Shown piece by piece: positions 9,233 to 18,725 of a DNA stretch of 64,000 bases; the stretch's first letter is position 1; each line of letters opens with the position of its first letter. The stretch is from an uncultured delta proteobacterium (lineage in GTDB: Bacteria; Desulfobacterota; Syntrophia; Syntrophales; UBA2185), in contig CAVSPA010000005.1 of the NCBI GenBank assembly GCA_963729715.1, positions 192,001 through 256,000 on the forward strand. The letters run 5' to 3'. Under the pieces are notes generated by a model, which searched no databases, had not been told where the DNA came from, and worked only from the letters and a program-made list of their open reading frames with translations. The position numbers were made by a program, and so were the translations under genes.

Positions 9233-10063
9233 ATGATAAATTTCTTTAAAATGAGCGGCAGCGGCAATGATTTCATCCTGATCGATAACATGGATCATTC
9301 CCTGGCCGTAGGAACATTCAAAGAATTTGTAAGAACCGTCTGCGAGCGTAAGGTATCAGTGGGCGCAGACGGATTGATCATTATCGAAGATTCCCGGCGC
9401 GCTGATTTCCGGTGGCGTTTCTTCAACGCCGACGGGAGTGAAGTGGATATGTGCGGAAACGGAGCGAGGTGTGCCGCCCGTTTCGCCTACATCAGGGGGA
9501 TCGCAAAAGAAAGAATGTCCTTCGAGACCGGAGCAGGCATCATCGACGCCGAGGTCAAAGGAGATACGGTAAAAGTAAAACTAACAGAGCCACACGGCAT
9601 AAGGGCCAATATTCCCGTTATGACCGACGGGAAATCGCTTGAAGTCAACTTTGTCAATACAGGGGTCCCTCATGCGGTTCTCTTCGTTCAGGACCTGGAC
9701 GGGTACGATGTATTTAACATGGGCCGGAAGATCCGCTACCATAAGGAATTCCAGCCCGAGGGCACGAATGCGAACTTCATGGAAGTCATAGACAGACACG
9801 TAATCAGGATCAGGACGTACGAGAGAGGCGTCGAAGACGAAACCTTAGCCTGCGGAACCGGCGCCGTCGCATCCGCCCTGATATCGTCCTCGCGGGGACT
9901 GGTAGAATCGCCGGTCGATGTAACGGTGAAAAGCGGGGAGACGCTGAAGATATATTTCCACAAGATGGATCAGGGTTTTGAGGATATTTATCTTGAAGGA
10001 AAAGCCAATGTAGTTTATGAAGGGCGCATCTGGGACGAGGCATACAAGCGCTCTCAGAAATAG
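9233..10063 (+). CDS. dapF: Diaminopimelate epimerase
   Basis: KMSGSGNDF, NADGSEVDMCGNG, TGVPH and ERGVEDETLACGTG. Confidence 0.97.
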   Translation: MINFFKMSGSGNDFILIDNMDHSLAVGTFKEFVRTVCERKVSVGADGLIIIEDSRRADFRWRFFNADGSEVDMCGNGARCAARFAYIRGIAKERMSFETGAGIIDAEVKGDTVKVKLTEPHGIRANIPVMTDGKSLEVNFVNTGVPHAVLFVQDLDGYDVFNMGRKIRYHKEFQPEGTNANFMEVIDRHVIRIRTYERGVEDETLACGTGAVASALISSSRGLVESPVDVTVKSGETLKIYFHKMDQGFEDIYLEGKANVVYEGRIWDEAYKRSQK

Positions 10064-10089
10064 ATAGAAAATACCGGAGGTGTTTCGTC

Positions 10090-11256
10090 TTGCAGATTGC
10101 CGACCGACTGAAGAAGATTCCACCTTACCTTTTTGTGGAGCTGAGAAAAAAGATTAACAAGGCGAAAGCCGAGGGCATTGACGTTATAAGTCTCGCCATC
10201 GGAGATCCGGTGGAACCAACACCGGACTCGATCATTGATGAGCTTTGCAGGAAAGCGCGGGATCCGAAAAATCACCGGTACCCGACGGATGAGGAAAAAG
10301 GCATGTTCGCTTTCCGTCAGGAGATTGCCCGGTGGTATAGTGCGAGATACGGTGTGGCTCTCGACCCGGCAAATGAAATCCTCGGTCTCATCGGCTCCAA
10401 GGAAGGCTGCCATCACTTCGTCCTGGGCTGCATTAATCCCGGTGATACCGTGCTGATGACGGACCCCGGATATCCGGCCTACCGTGCAAGCATCCTGATG
10501 GGCGGCGGTGTTCCTTATAATGTGCCGATTCTGGCAGAGAATAGATATCTCCCCGTATTCGAAGATATACCTACGGATGTGGCACGAAAGGCGCGGGGGA
10601 TCTTCCTCAACTATCCCAATAATCCTACCGGCGCCTGCGCAACAAGAGAATTCTTCAATCGCCTGGTGGACTTTGCCAGGCAGTTTGACATTGCCGTCTG
10701 CTATGACAATCCCTATGGCGAAATCCTCTTTAACGGACAGGAGCGCCTGAGTTTTCTCATGGCTGGCGGGGCCAGTGATGTAGGAGTCGAGTTAAATTCC
10801 CTTTCCAAGCTCTTTAATATGACAGGATGGCGGATCGGAATGGCAGCAGGTAACGTCGACATCCTTTCCGCCATGAGCAAGGTAAAAGAAAATACCGATT
10901 CCGGCATCTTCAATCCCATCCAGTACGCGGGGCTCCATGCACTGAAATACGAAGCAAAGAACATAGACCACATGCTCAAGATCTACGGACGGCGGCGGGA
11001 ACTGGTGCTCGAAACACTGAGGCGCATCGGGATAGTCTTTGATGCTCCCAAAGGTACATTCTATTTATGGGTGCCCGTGCCACGGGGTATGAAGTCCCTC
11101 GAATTTACAAACCTTCTCTTTGACAAGGCAGCGATTGTCGTAGCGGCTGGCACGGCATACGGCGAGTATGGTGAAGGGTATATCAGGATAGCCCTTACGG
11201 TGCCGGATGCAAGGCTCAAAGAGGCGATGGAGCGGATCGAGAAGGCATTGTCCTGA
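10090..11256 (+). CDS. dapL: LL-diaminopimelate aminotransferase
   Basis: GSKEG, NYPNNPTG and SLSKLFNMTGWRIG (PLP Lys); adjacent to dapF. Confidence 0.88.
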   Translation: MQIADRLKKIPPYLFVELRKKINKAKAEGIDVISLAIGDPVEPTPDSIIDELCRKARDPKNHRYPTDEEKGMFAFRQEIARWYSARYGVALDPANEILGLIGSKEGCHHFVLGCINPGDTVLMTDPGYPAYRASILMGGGVPYNVPILAENRYLPVFEDIPTDVARKARGIFLNYPNNPTGACATREFFNRLVDFARQFDIAVCYDNPYGEILFNGQERLSFLMAGGASDVGVELNSLSKLFNMTGWRIGMAAGNVDILSAMSKVKENTDSGIFNPIQYAGLHALKYEAKNIDHMLKIYGRRRELVLETLRRIGIVFDAPKGTFYLWVPVPRGMKSLEFTNLLFDKAAIVVAAGTAYGEYGEGYIRIALTVPDARLKEAMERIEKALS

Positions 11257-11366
11257 TACGGCCTTAACTTTTTTCCCGACCATTTTCTCGAGTTGTTATT
11301 AGCTGACTATCCATGCGTTCCAGATTTCTTTCCCCGGGCAGCCGAGTATTTATCTGGCTATTGCCA

Positions 11367-12479
11367 TCAAAAATGTCTGGCGACGAATTCCCTTATGATC
11401 CTTCCAGGAAATGTCTCCCTCGCGTGGAGGGCACCATAGGGACAAACCTCAATGCAGCAGAAGCAGCGAATGCACCGGTCATAATCAAAAGAGAGCGTCT
11501 TTTCACGCAAAGAAATCGCCCCCGCAGGACAGATTTTCCGGCACTCGGCGCACACCTGGCAGCTCAGGTTGTCGGGGACGGGTCTCTGGAGAAGGTGCTT
11601 CCTGATAAACCCGTGAAATTTTCGCGGCCCATACAAGAGAGGACTGATACTGGGGAGCCTGAAATCGTGAATTATCGGGAGGTTGCCGTCAATCTCGATA
11701 TCCGTTTCCATGATGCCCATCTCTCTTGCCGCTTTCAGGGTCGGCAGCCTGTCAGTGTCCAACCCCACCATCCTGCAGACCGTGCTGTCTAAGGCAACGG
11801 CATCACGGCTGCCCATCAAGATGCCGAGCTCTCTCGGTCTGCCGCTTTTCCCCGGACCTTCACCTTCCATGGCAAGAATCCCATCGAGAATTGTAAATGA
11901 GGGGCTGATTCTCTGATAAATCAGAACGAGCAGTTTTGCAAACATGGTGCGGTCGATGCCTGTCCTCATGTGCCATTCCGCTTTTCTGTAGCCGACAACG
12001 CAGCCGAACATGTTCTTCACTCCGAGGGTCAGGAGCATCTGACTGTGCGTCTTGAGTTTGGGAAGGTTGATGATCACATCTGCGTAAATTGCGTCCTCGG
12101 CCATCTCAATTTTATTAAACGGTTCACCGATATCGGTTCTCAGGGAGTTCTCAAATGCTCTGCAGTCCACGTCGAGCCCGGCAAGTGCGTCCCTTATGCC
12201 GCTATCCTTCATGATTTTCTCAAAAGAACCTATGGCGGGACTATCCGAAACCCGCGGGCGGGCACCATTTTGCAGAACATATTCCACTGCCGCTTTGACA
12301 ATCATGGGATGTGTCAGGACAGCATCCCTCGGCGACGCCGGTGAGAGCAGGTTCGGTTTGATGAGGACGCGGTCGCCCCTTCCGATCAGATCACCTCCGA
12401 TTGCGTCCATGGTCTCGAAGAATAGAGCTTTGACCATATCATAATCGTAGGTGGATTTTTTCAGTACTACTTTAGTCAT
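11367..12479 (-). CDS. DUF362 family protein with C-terminal 4Fe-4S dicluster
   Basis: VLIKPNL, PKLKTH, GVKNMFG and MEGEGP; CQVCAECRKICP and CIRCFCCIEVCP. Confidence 0.9.
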   Translation of the reverse strand: MTKVVLKKSTYDYDMVKALFFETMDAIGGDLIGRGDRVLIKPNLLSPASPRDAVLTHPMIVKAAVEYVLQNGARPRVSDSPAIGSFEKIMKDSGIRDALAGLDVDCRAFENSLRTDIGEPFNKIEMAEDAIYADVIINLPKLKTHSQMLLTLGVKNMFGCVVGYRKAEWHMRTGIDRTMFAKLLVLIYQRISPSFTILDGILAMEGEGPGKSGRPRELGILMGSRDAVALDSTVCRMVGLDTDRLPTLKAAREMGIMETDIEIDGNLPIIHDFRLPSISPLLYGPRKFHGFIRKHLLQRPVPDNLSCQVCAECRKICPAGAISLREKTLSFDYDRCIRCFCCIEVCPYGALHARETFPGRIIREFVARHF

Positions 12480-12652
12480 GGGTGTGTTAATTTTTCATTA
12501 CCTTGTTTTTCGTGCTGCATTCATTTCTTGACAAAAATGAAATTTCAAGTAAAAGCTTCATGCCATTAAGGGAGGATTGAAATCAAAATTATGTTGTGGT
12601 TAATCTGCATGTCGGATATAATCAACGACATAATTTTTTGATTAGTTGATAT

Positions 12653-13873
12653 ATGAAAAATTTCAGTATTAATAGATATTCATCGGGACCTGTTTATCTA
12701 AAAATCGGTGTCGCGGTAATCATACTCTTGCTTCTTTCAAACCTGCTTCTATTATACCTCTTTGTCAAAGAAAGAAATAACAATAAGAATCTCATCGGTC
12801 TTCTCGACAGAGCAGGCACGGACTTCAATCAAATCCATGAATCATTGAAGCAGAAGGATATGCAAAAGGCCTTCCGGTATCTGACGGAAGCGCAAAAGCA
12901 GGTGGTAGCGATGCTACCGGCCGTGCCCGTGCCGGCAGAAAAGGCGGCAACGGTGACAAAAGAGCAGCAGCCAGCGCCGCCGACCCAGGCTAAAGCAGCA
13001 GCCACGACCGTTGCCAGCGCACCCGCCTCTCCCCAGGATGCGCCCTATACGTTTGTCTTTGCCGATGCGGGCGAATACCTTCTCATCTGTGAAAAAGACA
13101 CGAAAATTCTTTACATCTTCCGCTTTTCAGACGGCAGGTTCTCCCTTGTAAAGCAGTACCCGTGTGTCATCGGGGCGAATAATCACGGCAAGATGAGGGA
13201 AGGTGACTTTGCAACTCCCGAAGGGGTTTACTTCTTCTTAAGATTTGCCCCGGGCAAGACACTCGCGGAGAACTATGGGTATGGAGCCTTCGTTTTAAAT
13301 TATCCAAATTTTCTGGATCGGAAAGAAAGAAAGGATGGGGGAGGCATCTGGCTGCACGGCCACAGCGCGGGTAAAGTATTGGGAGCGGATGTACCGGATA
13401 CGAAGGGTTGTATCGTGGTGAGCAATGATGCCTTGAGAGAAATGAGCGGTTACCTGAAGTGGAACGGCACTCCCATTGCAATTGTCAACAAGCTCCAGTT
13501 TACAAATCCCGAAAGTCAGAAGGAATTAGCGAGAGAACTGAGGAGCTTTATCAATTCATGGAGACTCTCATGGGAGAGCATCAACACGAAGAAATATTTG
13601 AGTTTCTATTCCTCGGCATTTGTTAACAGCGAGGGGATGAGCTTCAATGCCTTCAAGCATCACAAGGAAAAGACCAACAAAAGCAAAAAATTCATTCGAG
13701 TAAAAGTTGAAAATCTCGCGATCCTGATGCCGTCGGAATACGGCGGCAATGTTGCCGTAGCCAGATTTCAACAAAGATACACTTCCAATAATTTCAAAAG
13801 CGACAGCAAGAAAATATTTTACCTGAAAAAAGGGCAAGCCGGATGGCAAATCATAGGCGAATCTTCATATTAG
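12653..13873 (+). CDS. YkuD-family L,D-transpeptidase/carboxypeptidase with C-terminal NTF2-like domain (Csd6/Pgp2-like)
   Basis: N-terminal TM; EGDFATPEGVY, LNYPN and GIWLHG...TKGCI; C-terminal W..SWES...Y..FY domain. Confidence 0.85.
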   Translation: MKNFSINRYSSGPVYLKIGVAVIILLLLSNLLLLYLFVKERNNNKNLIGLLDRAGTDFNQIHESLKQKDMQKAFRYLTEAQKQVVAMLPAVPVPAEKAATVTKEQQPAPPTQAKAAATTVASAPASPQDAPYTFVFADAGEYLLICEKDTKILYIFRFSDGRFSLVKQYPCVIGANNHGKMREGDFATPEGVYFFLRFAPGKTLAENYGYGAFVLNYPNFLDRKERKDGGGIWLHGHSAGKVLGADVPDTKGCIVVSNDALREMSGYLKWNGTPIAIVNKLQFTNPESQKELARELRSFINSWRLSWESINTKKYLSFYSSAFVNSEGMSFNAFKHHKEKTNKSKKFIRVKVENLAILMPSEYGGNVAVARFQQRYTSNNFKSDSKKIFYLKKGQAGWQIIGESSY

Positions 13874-14766
13874 CATGCACCACAATTATCTGTCTTTTTA
13901 TTTCAACCAATTCTCTTACAATTAAGCAGGATGTTTCATCGAAGCCGAAAAAGCCCTCTTTTCAGATCCAGAGATTTTTTGGCGGCACAAACCAGGAGGT
14001 TGCCGTATATTTTATTTCCGGAGAAGAGAAAGGCCCCACCTTGCTTATCATCGCCGGAATCCATGGTGATGAATCTGGTGGCTATTTGACGGCGGAACGA
14101 TATGCGGAAGTCAAGGTAAAAAAGGGAACCTTGATTGTTGTGCCCCGTCTGAATTTACCGGCTGTCGCAAAGGGGAAACGCCAGGGCCTGAGCGGTGACA
14201 TGAACCGCCTTTTTCATCTGCCTGAAGACGCCCGCTCTACTCCTGATACCAAAGTTGTCAACCTTGCCAAATCCCTTATCGGACGCGCCGACTATGTCCT
14301 TAATCTCCATCAAGGTGAAGGCTTCTATTCCCCCAAGTGGATATCCCACAAGAGAAATCCTTTCAGATGGGGACAGTGCAATGTCATCGACGCCCCCATA
14401 TTCGATCTGCCTAACGGAGATAAGCTTGAACTCGCGAGTTTTGCAAAGAAGATAGCATCCAGTTCAAATTCCAAAATCAAGGACAAGAAATATCATTTTC
14501 AGGTCAACAACACCAATACGGCGAGCACCAAGTCTGTCCACAAGGAGCAGAGAAGATCACTCACCTACTACGCCCTTTACCAGCAACACAAAACATCTTT
14601 GGCGCTGGAATCAACAAAGAACTGCACTGTACCCCAGGCCGTCGGATTTCTGACTATCGCCATCAATTCAGTTATAGACGCGGTGGGAATTCAAGCAGAG
14701 AATCTTCCTTCCGCAGATCCTATCACAATCAGGAAGGAGTTTGCTGACAAAAAACTTAAAACGTAA
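13843..14766 (+). CDS. M14/M99-type zinc carboxypeptidase (Csd4/Pgp1-like catalytic domain)
   Basis: Signal peptide; GIHGDESGG, GDMNRLF, LNLHQGEGFY and NPFRWGQ. Confidence 0.75.
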   Translation: MANHRRIFILACTTIICLFISTNSLTIKQDVSSKPKKPSFQIQRFFGGTNQEVAVYFISGEEKGPTLLIIAGIHGDESGGYLTAERYAEVKVKKGTLIVVPRLNLPAVAKGKRQGLSGDMNRLFHLPEDARSTPDTKVVNLAKSLIGRADYVLNLHQGEGFYSPKWISHKRNPFRWGQCNVIDAPIFDLPNGDKLELASFAKKIASSSNSKIKDKKYHFQVNNTNTASTKSVHKEQRRSLTYYALYQQHKTSLALESTKNCTVPQAVGFLTIAINSVIDAVGIQAENLPSADPITIRKEFADKKLKT

Positions 14767-15051
14767 TATTTGTCCGCCAAGCTCTGACATTACCCGGACG
14801 GATTGTTAAGCTCGTGTAATCAGTGCATGGGAGGCCTTCTTCGAAATTCTCGAGGACTTCCTTTTATCATTGACATGGCAATATCTTTATCCTATATTTA
14901 GTCCCCATTAAGAGAACAAGAGAAGTCAGGCAGTTAATCGGCCTTGCAACACACATGAGAATATCCTATCTGCTATTTGAGCCCATATCGCCAAAACGAA
15001 TAATGATAAATCCAAAAAGAATTGAAGAAGGCGTAATCAAAGGAACCCTTC

Positions 15052-16407
15052 ATGAAGAATGAACTGTCTTACGATGAGTTGATGCTTAAGCTCAACAAAC
15101 TCGAAAAAATAAACTCCGACCACAGACGGCTTGAAGAAGTCTATCGCTCGGTAGTGGAGTCTACGAGCGATTCCATATATATGGTGGGTAAAGATTGCCG
15201 ATATCTCTTCATGAACAATCAGCATTTGTCCAGGCTCGGCTTGCCGGCCGAACAGATCATAGGTAAATGCTACAGCGAGTTTCACACCCCGGAGCAGGAT
15301 AAAGTATTTGCGGAAGCGGTTAACAAGGTATTTTCAACCGGCAAGTCCATCCAGCACGAGCACAGGAGTGAGAGGGACAAGAGATATTTCCTCCGGACAT
15401 TCAGCCCTGTAAGAGATCACGGCCCCAATGGAGAGATAACATGCATCGCCATCATTTCCACAGACATAACCGAGCACAAGCTGGCTGAAGAGACAATCAG
15501 GGAAAGCGAGCGAAAATATAGGACGATTATTGAAAACATTGAAGACGGCTATCACGAGCTTGATTTTTCCGGCAATATCGTTTTCTTTAATGATGCCCTC
15601 TTAAGAATGCTGGGATATTCGCGTGATGAATTTGCGAGAATGAATTACCGCGATCTCACTGATGAGGAAACGGCCAGTCAGGTGATGCAGGTCTGTGATG
15701 AAGTCTACAAAACGGGAAAACCATCCAGAGGCATTGAGATCGAGGTAATGAAGAAAGACGGAACCATGAGGGTGGTTGAGATATCCGTGTCGCTGATCAT
15801 GGATGCAAAAGGTCATGAAGTGGGGTTCCGGAATGTCATCCGCGACGTAACTGAACGTAAGAAGTCAGAAGAAACGATCAGGCGATTGGCTTATCATGAC
15901 CCCCTTACAGGCTTACCCAACCGTCTCTTGTTCACGGACCGTCTTAACATGGCAATAACCAGGGCCAAACGTAATAAGCAATACTTGGCCGTGATGATGC
16001 TCGACCTTGATTACTTCAAAGACATCAATGACACACTGGGCCATTATATGGGAGATAAGCTGTTACAGGCTGTGGGTTCTCGTCTGACGGAACTCTTGCG
16101 AAAAGGTGACACCATAGCACGGATGGGCGGTGATGAGTTTCTGGTTTTATTGCCGGAAATTAATAATGTGGGAGTTACTACGACGATAGCGCAGAAGATC
16201 GTTGAATCCTTCCAGAGTCCCTTTATAATTGATGACCGTAAACTTCGTATTACGACGAGCATAGGAATTGCAATTTACCCGGACGTTTCGGATGACGTCG
16301 AGACCCTCATCAAGCACGCGGATATTGCAATGTATCGTGCTAAGGGATCGGGCAGGAACAACTATCAATTGTTTATTCCGGAAATGATCGTTAGAGCCAT
16401 ATCGTAG
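15052..16407 (+). CDS. PAS-PAS diguanylate cyclase
   Basis: Two PAS/PAC domains; HDPLTGLPNR, DLDYFK and GGDEF. Confidence 0.95.
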   Translation: MKNELSYDELMLKLNKLEKINSDHRRLEEVYRSVVESTSDSIYMVGKDCRYLFMNNQHLSRLGLPAEQIIGKCYSEFHTPEQDKVFAEAVNKVFSTGKSIQHEHRSERDKRYFLRTFSPVRDHGPNGEITCIAIISTDITEHKLAEETIRESERKYRTIIENIEDGYHELDFSGNIVFFNDALLRMLGYSRDEFARMNYRDLTDEETASQVMQVCDEVYKTGKPSRGIEIEVMKKDGTMRVVEISVSLIMDAKGHEVGFRNVIRDVTERKKSEETIRRLAYHDPLTGLPNRLLFTDRLNMAITRAKRNKQYLAVMMLDLDYFKDINDTLGHYMGDKLLQAVGSRLTELLRKGDTIARMGGDEFLVLLPEINNVGVTTTIAQKIVESFQSPFIIDDRKLRITTSIGIAIYPDVSDDVETLIKHADIAMYRAKGSGRNNYQLFIPEMIVRAIS

Positions 16408-16572
16408 CTTTTAGATATATTCCGCCCATCCTGCAAGAACATCCTTCCGCAGGAAGAAAGATTCTTTAGTTCATTCCTAAAAGTAATTTTTTCTTACGCG
16501 CGGCGAGGTATGGGCAGGGCATCTGGATTCTGGGGCGAGTCTCTCGCCCTTGTCGATGCGAAAGAGTAAGAA

Positions 16573-17178
16573 ATGAAATCTCTCGATAACAGAATCGACA
16601 AGGTTATACAACTTCCGGAGCCTGCACGTGACGGAGGAATATCAGTACAAGCAGCACTGGCAAGGCGTGAGTCGGTGCGTCATTTTACATCCACACCTCT
16701 CGCGCTTTCTCAAATTTCTCAGATTTTATGGGCAGCACAAGGAATCACCCGCGATTGGGGAGGCAGGACTGCCCCTTCTGCGGGGGCGCTGTATCCTCTG
16801 GAATTATATTTGGCTTTACGGGACGGCTTCTTTCACTATAGCCCCCGCACCCATCAATTAGAGCATGTTTCCGACCACGATTTTATTGACGCTCTGGCAT
16901 CAGTTGCCCTTGGCCAGCAGTGCATAAGGGAATCATCTGCCGTCGTCGTGATTGCAGCTGTCTACGAGAGAATGGAACAAAAATATGGAAGACGAGGAGA
17001 GCGCTACGCAAAAGTTGAGGCAGGACATGCGGCGCAAAATATCCTCCTTCAGGCAGTGTCACAGGGGATTGGGGCTGTGCCCGTCGGCGCATTTCATGAT
17101 GACGATGTTAGAAGGTTCCTGAGCCTCCCTGCGGATCATGAACCTCTGTACCTGATCCCTCTGGGATACATAAAATAA
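16573..17178 (+). CDS. SagB/ThcOx-like nitroreductase family protein
   Basis: RRESVR, RTAPSAGALYP and EAGHAAQN. Confidence 0.92.
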   Translation: MKSLDNRIDKVIQLPEPARDGGISVQAALARRESVRHFTSTPLALSQISQILWAAQGITRDWGGRTAPSAGALYPLELYLALRDGFFHYSPRTHQLEHVSDHDFIDALASVALGQQCIRESSAVVVIAAVYERMEQKYGRRGERYAKVEAGHAAQNILLQAVSQGIGAVPVGAFHDDDVRRFLSLPADHEPLYLIPLGYIK

Positions 17179-17222
17179 AGAGAATATCCCGAGGAAGGAA
17201 CGACTTTTACGGAGCGCAGAAA

Positions 17223-18497
17223 ATGCCACTGAAAGTGGATGCGATAGGCAAGAAGATAGGCCCTCTCAGAAAAGATTATACCTGGAAAGATGTAATTCTA
17301 TATGCCTTGGGTATTGGGGCCGGTTTTCATGAGATTGACTACACGTACGAAAAAAGACTCAAGGTCATTCCCACCTTTTCCATTGCTATGATATTCGATT
17401 TCTTCCGGGAAGTGGCGACTGCCTCAGATATTAATATTGCCGGTGTCCTCCACGGCGGGCAGGATATTATTTTTCACAAACCTATCCCGCCTTCAGGAAC
17501 CATGACGACGGAAGGGATGATCACCAATTACTATGACAAAGGAATGAAAGGCGCACTGGTTGTGGCCAAAAGCGAGACATCTCATTCGGCCGGAGAAAAA
17601 CTTTTCACGAGCATCATTACGCTGTTTGGCAGACTCGATGGAGGTTTCGGAGGCAAGAATGCACCGCATGATGTCCTGGATTTCCCGGACAGAGAGCCGG
17701 ACTTCATTGTAGAGGCGCTCCCGTCGCCGGATCAGCCGCTCTTATACAGGCTCTCCGGTGACACATTCGGACTTCATGTAGATGCGCAATTCGCAAAGAT
17801 GGTAGGTTTCGAAAAACCGATTATGCACGGCCTCTGCACATACGGTTTCGCTTGTCGCGCCCTGATGGCAAGCCTCACGCCAGGCAAACCGGAAAATGTC
17901 CGTCGTCTTGCCTGCCGTTTTTTGCAAGCCCTCTATCCCGGTGAGCCCATCAAGACTTTGGTCTGGAAAACCAAAGAAGGCATGGCAGTCTGGCGGACGA
18001 TAAATGCCAGAACCGGAGATGTCGTAATCGACAGGGGCGTATTTGAATATGGTGAAATACCCTCGGCAGGAGAGGGGACGCGGGAACACGAGCATATGAC
18101 TCATCTAACGGGGGATAATGCCCCAACCTCCGGGACAAAGGAGGAAAGGCCGGCCATGGACGCCGAGACAGGAGGACTTTCAATGGTAAAAGCTATTTTT
18201 AAAAAAATGCCCAGTGTCTTCAATGCCGATGCAGCACAAGGTGTGGATGTTGTATTCCAGTTCAGCATATCGGGGGAGGGAGGAGGCGACTGGTATGCAG
18301 AGGTTAAAGGAGGGGCTTGCAAGGTGGAAGCCGGTGTACATACAAATCCCACCTCCACCATAAAGATGGATGCGGCAGATTTTGTCGACATGATAAACGG
18401 GAAATTGCCCGCTATGCAGGCCTTCACATCCGGCAAGCTCAAAATCGGTGGAGACATTATGAAGTCACAGCTCATTATGAGGCTGTTCAAGTTTTGA
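17223..18497 (+). CDS. Double-hotdog (R)-enoyl-CoA hydratase 2 (MaoC-like) fused to an SCP2 domain
   Basis: LYALGIG, LHGGQ, LYRLSGDTFGLH and PIMHGLCTYG; C-terminal AFTSGKLKIGGD of SCP2. Confidence 0.9.
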   Translation: MPLKVDAIGKKIGPLRKDYTWKDVILYALGIGAGFHEIDYTYEKRLKVIPTFSIAMIFDFFREVATASDINIAGVLHGGQDIIFHKPIPPSGTMTTEGMITNYYDKGMKGALVVAKSETSHSAGEKLFTSIITLFGRLDGGFGGKNAPHDVLDFPDREPDFIVEALPSPDQPLLYRLSGDTFGLHVDAQFAKMVGFEKPIMHGLCTYGFACRALMASLTPGKPENVRRLACRFLQALYPGEPIKTLVWKTKEGMAVWRTINARTGDVVIDRGVFEYGEIPSAGEGTREHEHMTHLTGDNAPTSGTKEERPAMDAETGGLSMVKAIFKKMPSVFNADAAQGVDVVFQFSISGEGGGDWYAEVKGGACKVEAGVHTNPTSTIKMDAADFVDMINGKLPAMQAFTSGKLKIGGDIMKSQLIMRLFKF

Positions 18498-18725
18498 GAG
18501 GATTAGCAGCAGTTTGCGGGGGATTAGTTCATTCCCCGGAAGGTTCAAGGCTGCCGATGATGCGCGAAAGAAATTAGAAATCGCCAATGCCTGAAGTGCC
18601 CCTGCGGGAGCAATTTTTTCTCTTGCGGTTGCCGAAAAATGCGAACATTGATATATGGTAGCCCGTCAAGGCCCGATCGGCTGATGGGTTACAACAAAAC
18701 ACTAAATCTCATGAGGTGAAAAAAG

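Noticed and set aside
16573..17178. SagB-like gene as a RiPP/TOMM cluster
   Set aside because: No YcaO, precursor peptide or transporter nearby; stand-alone members of this family are common.
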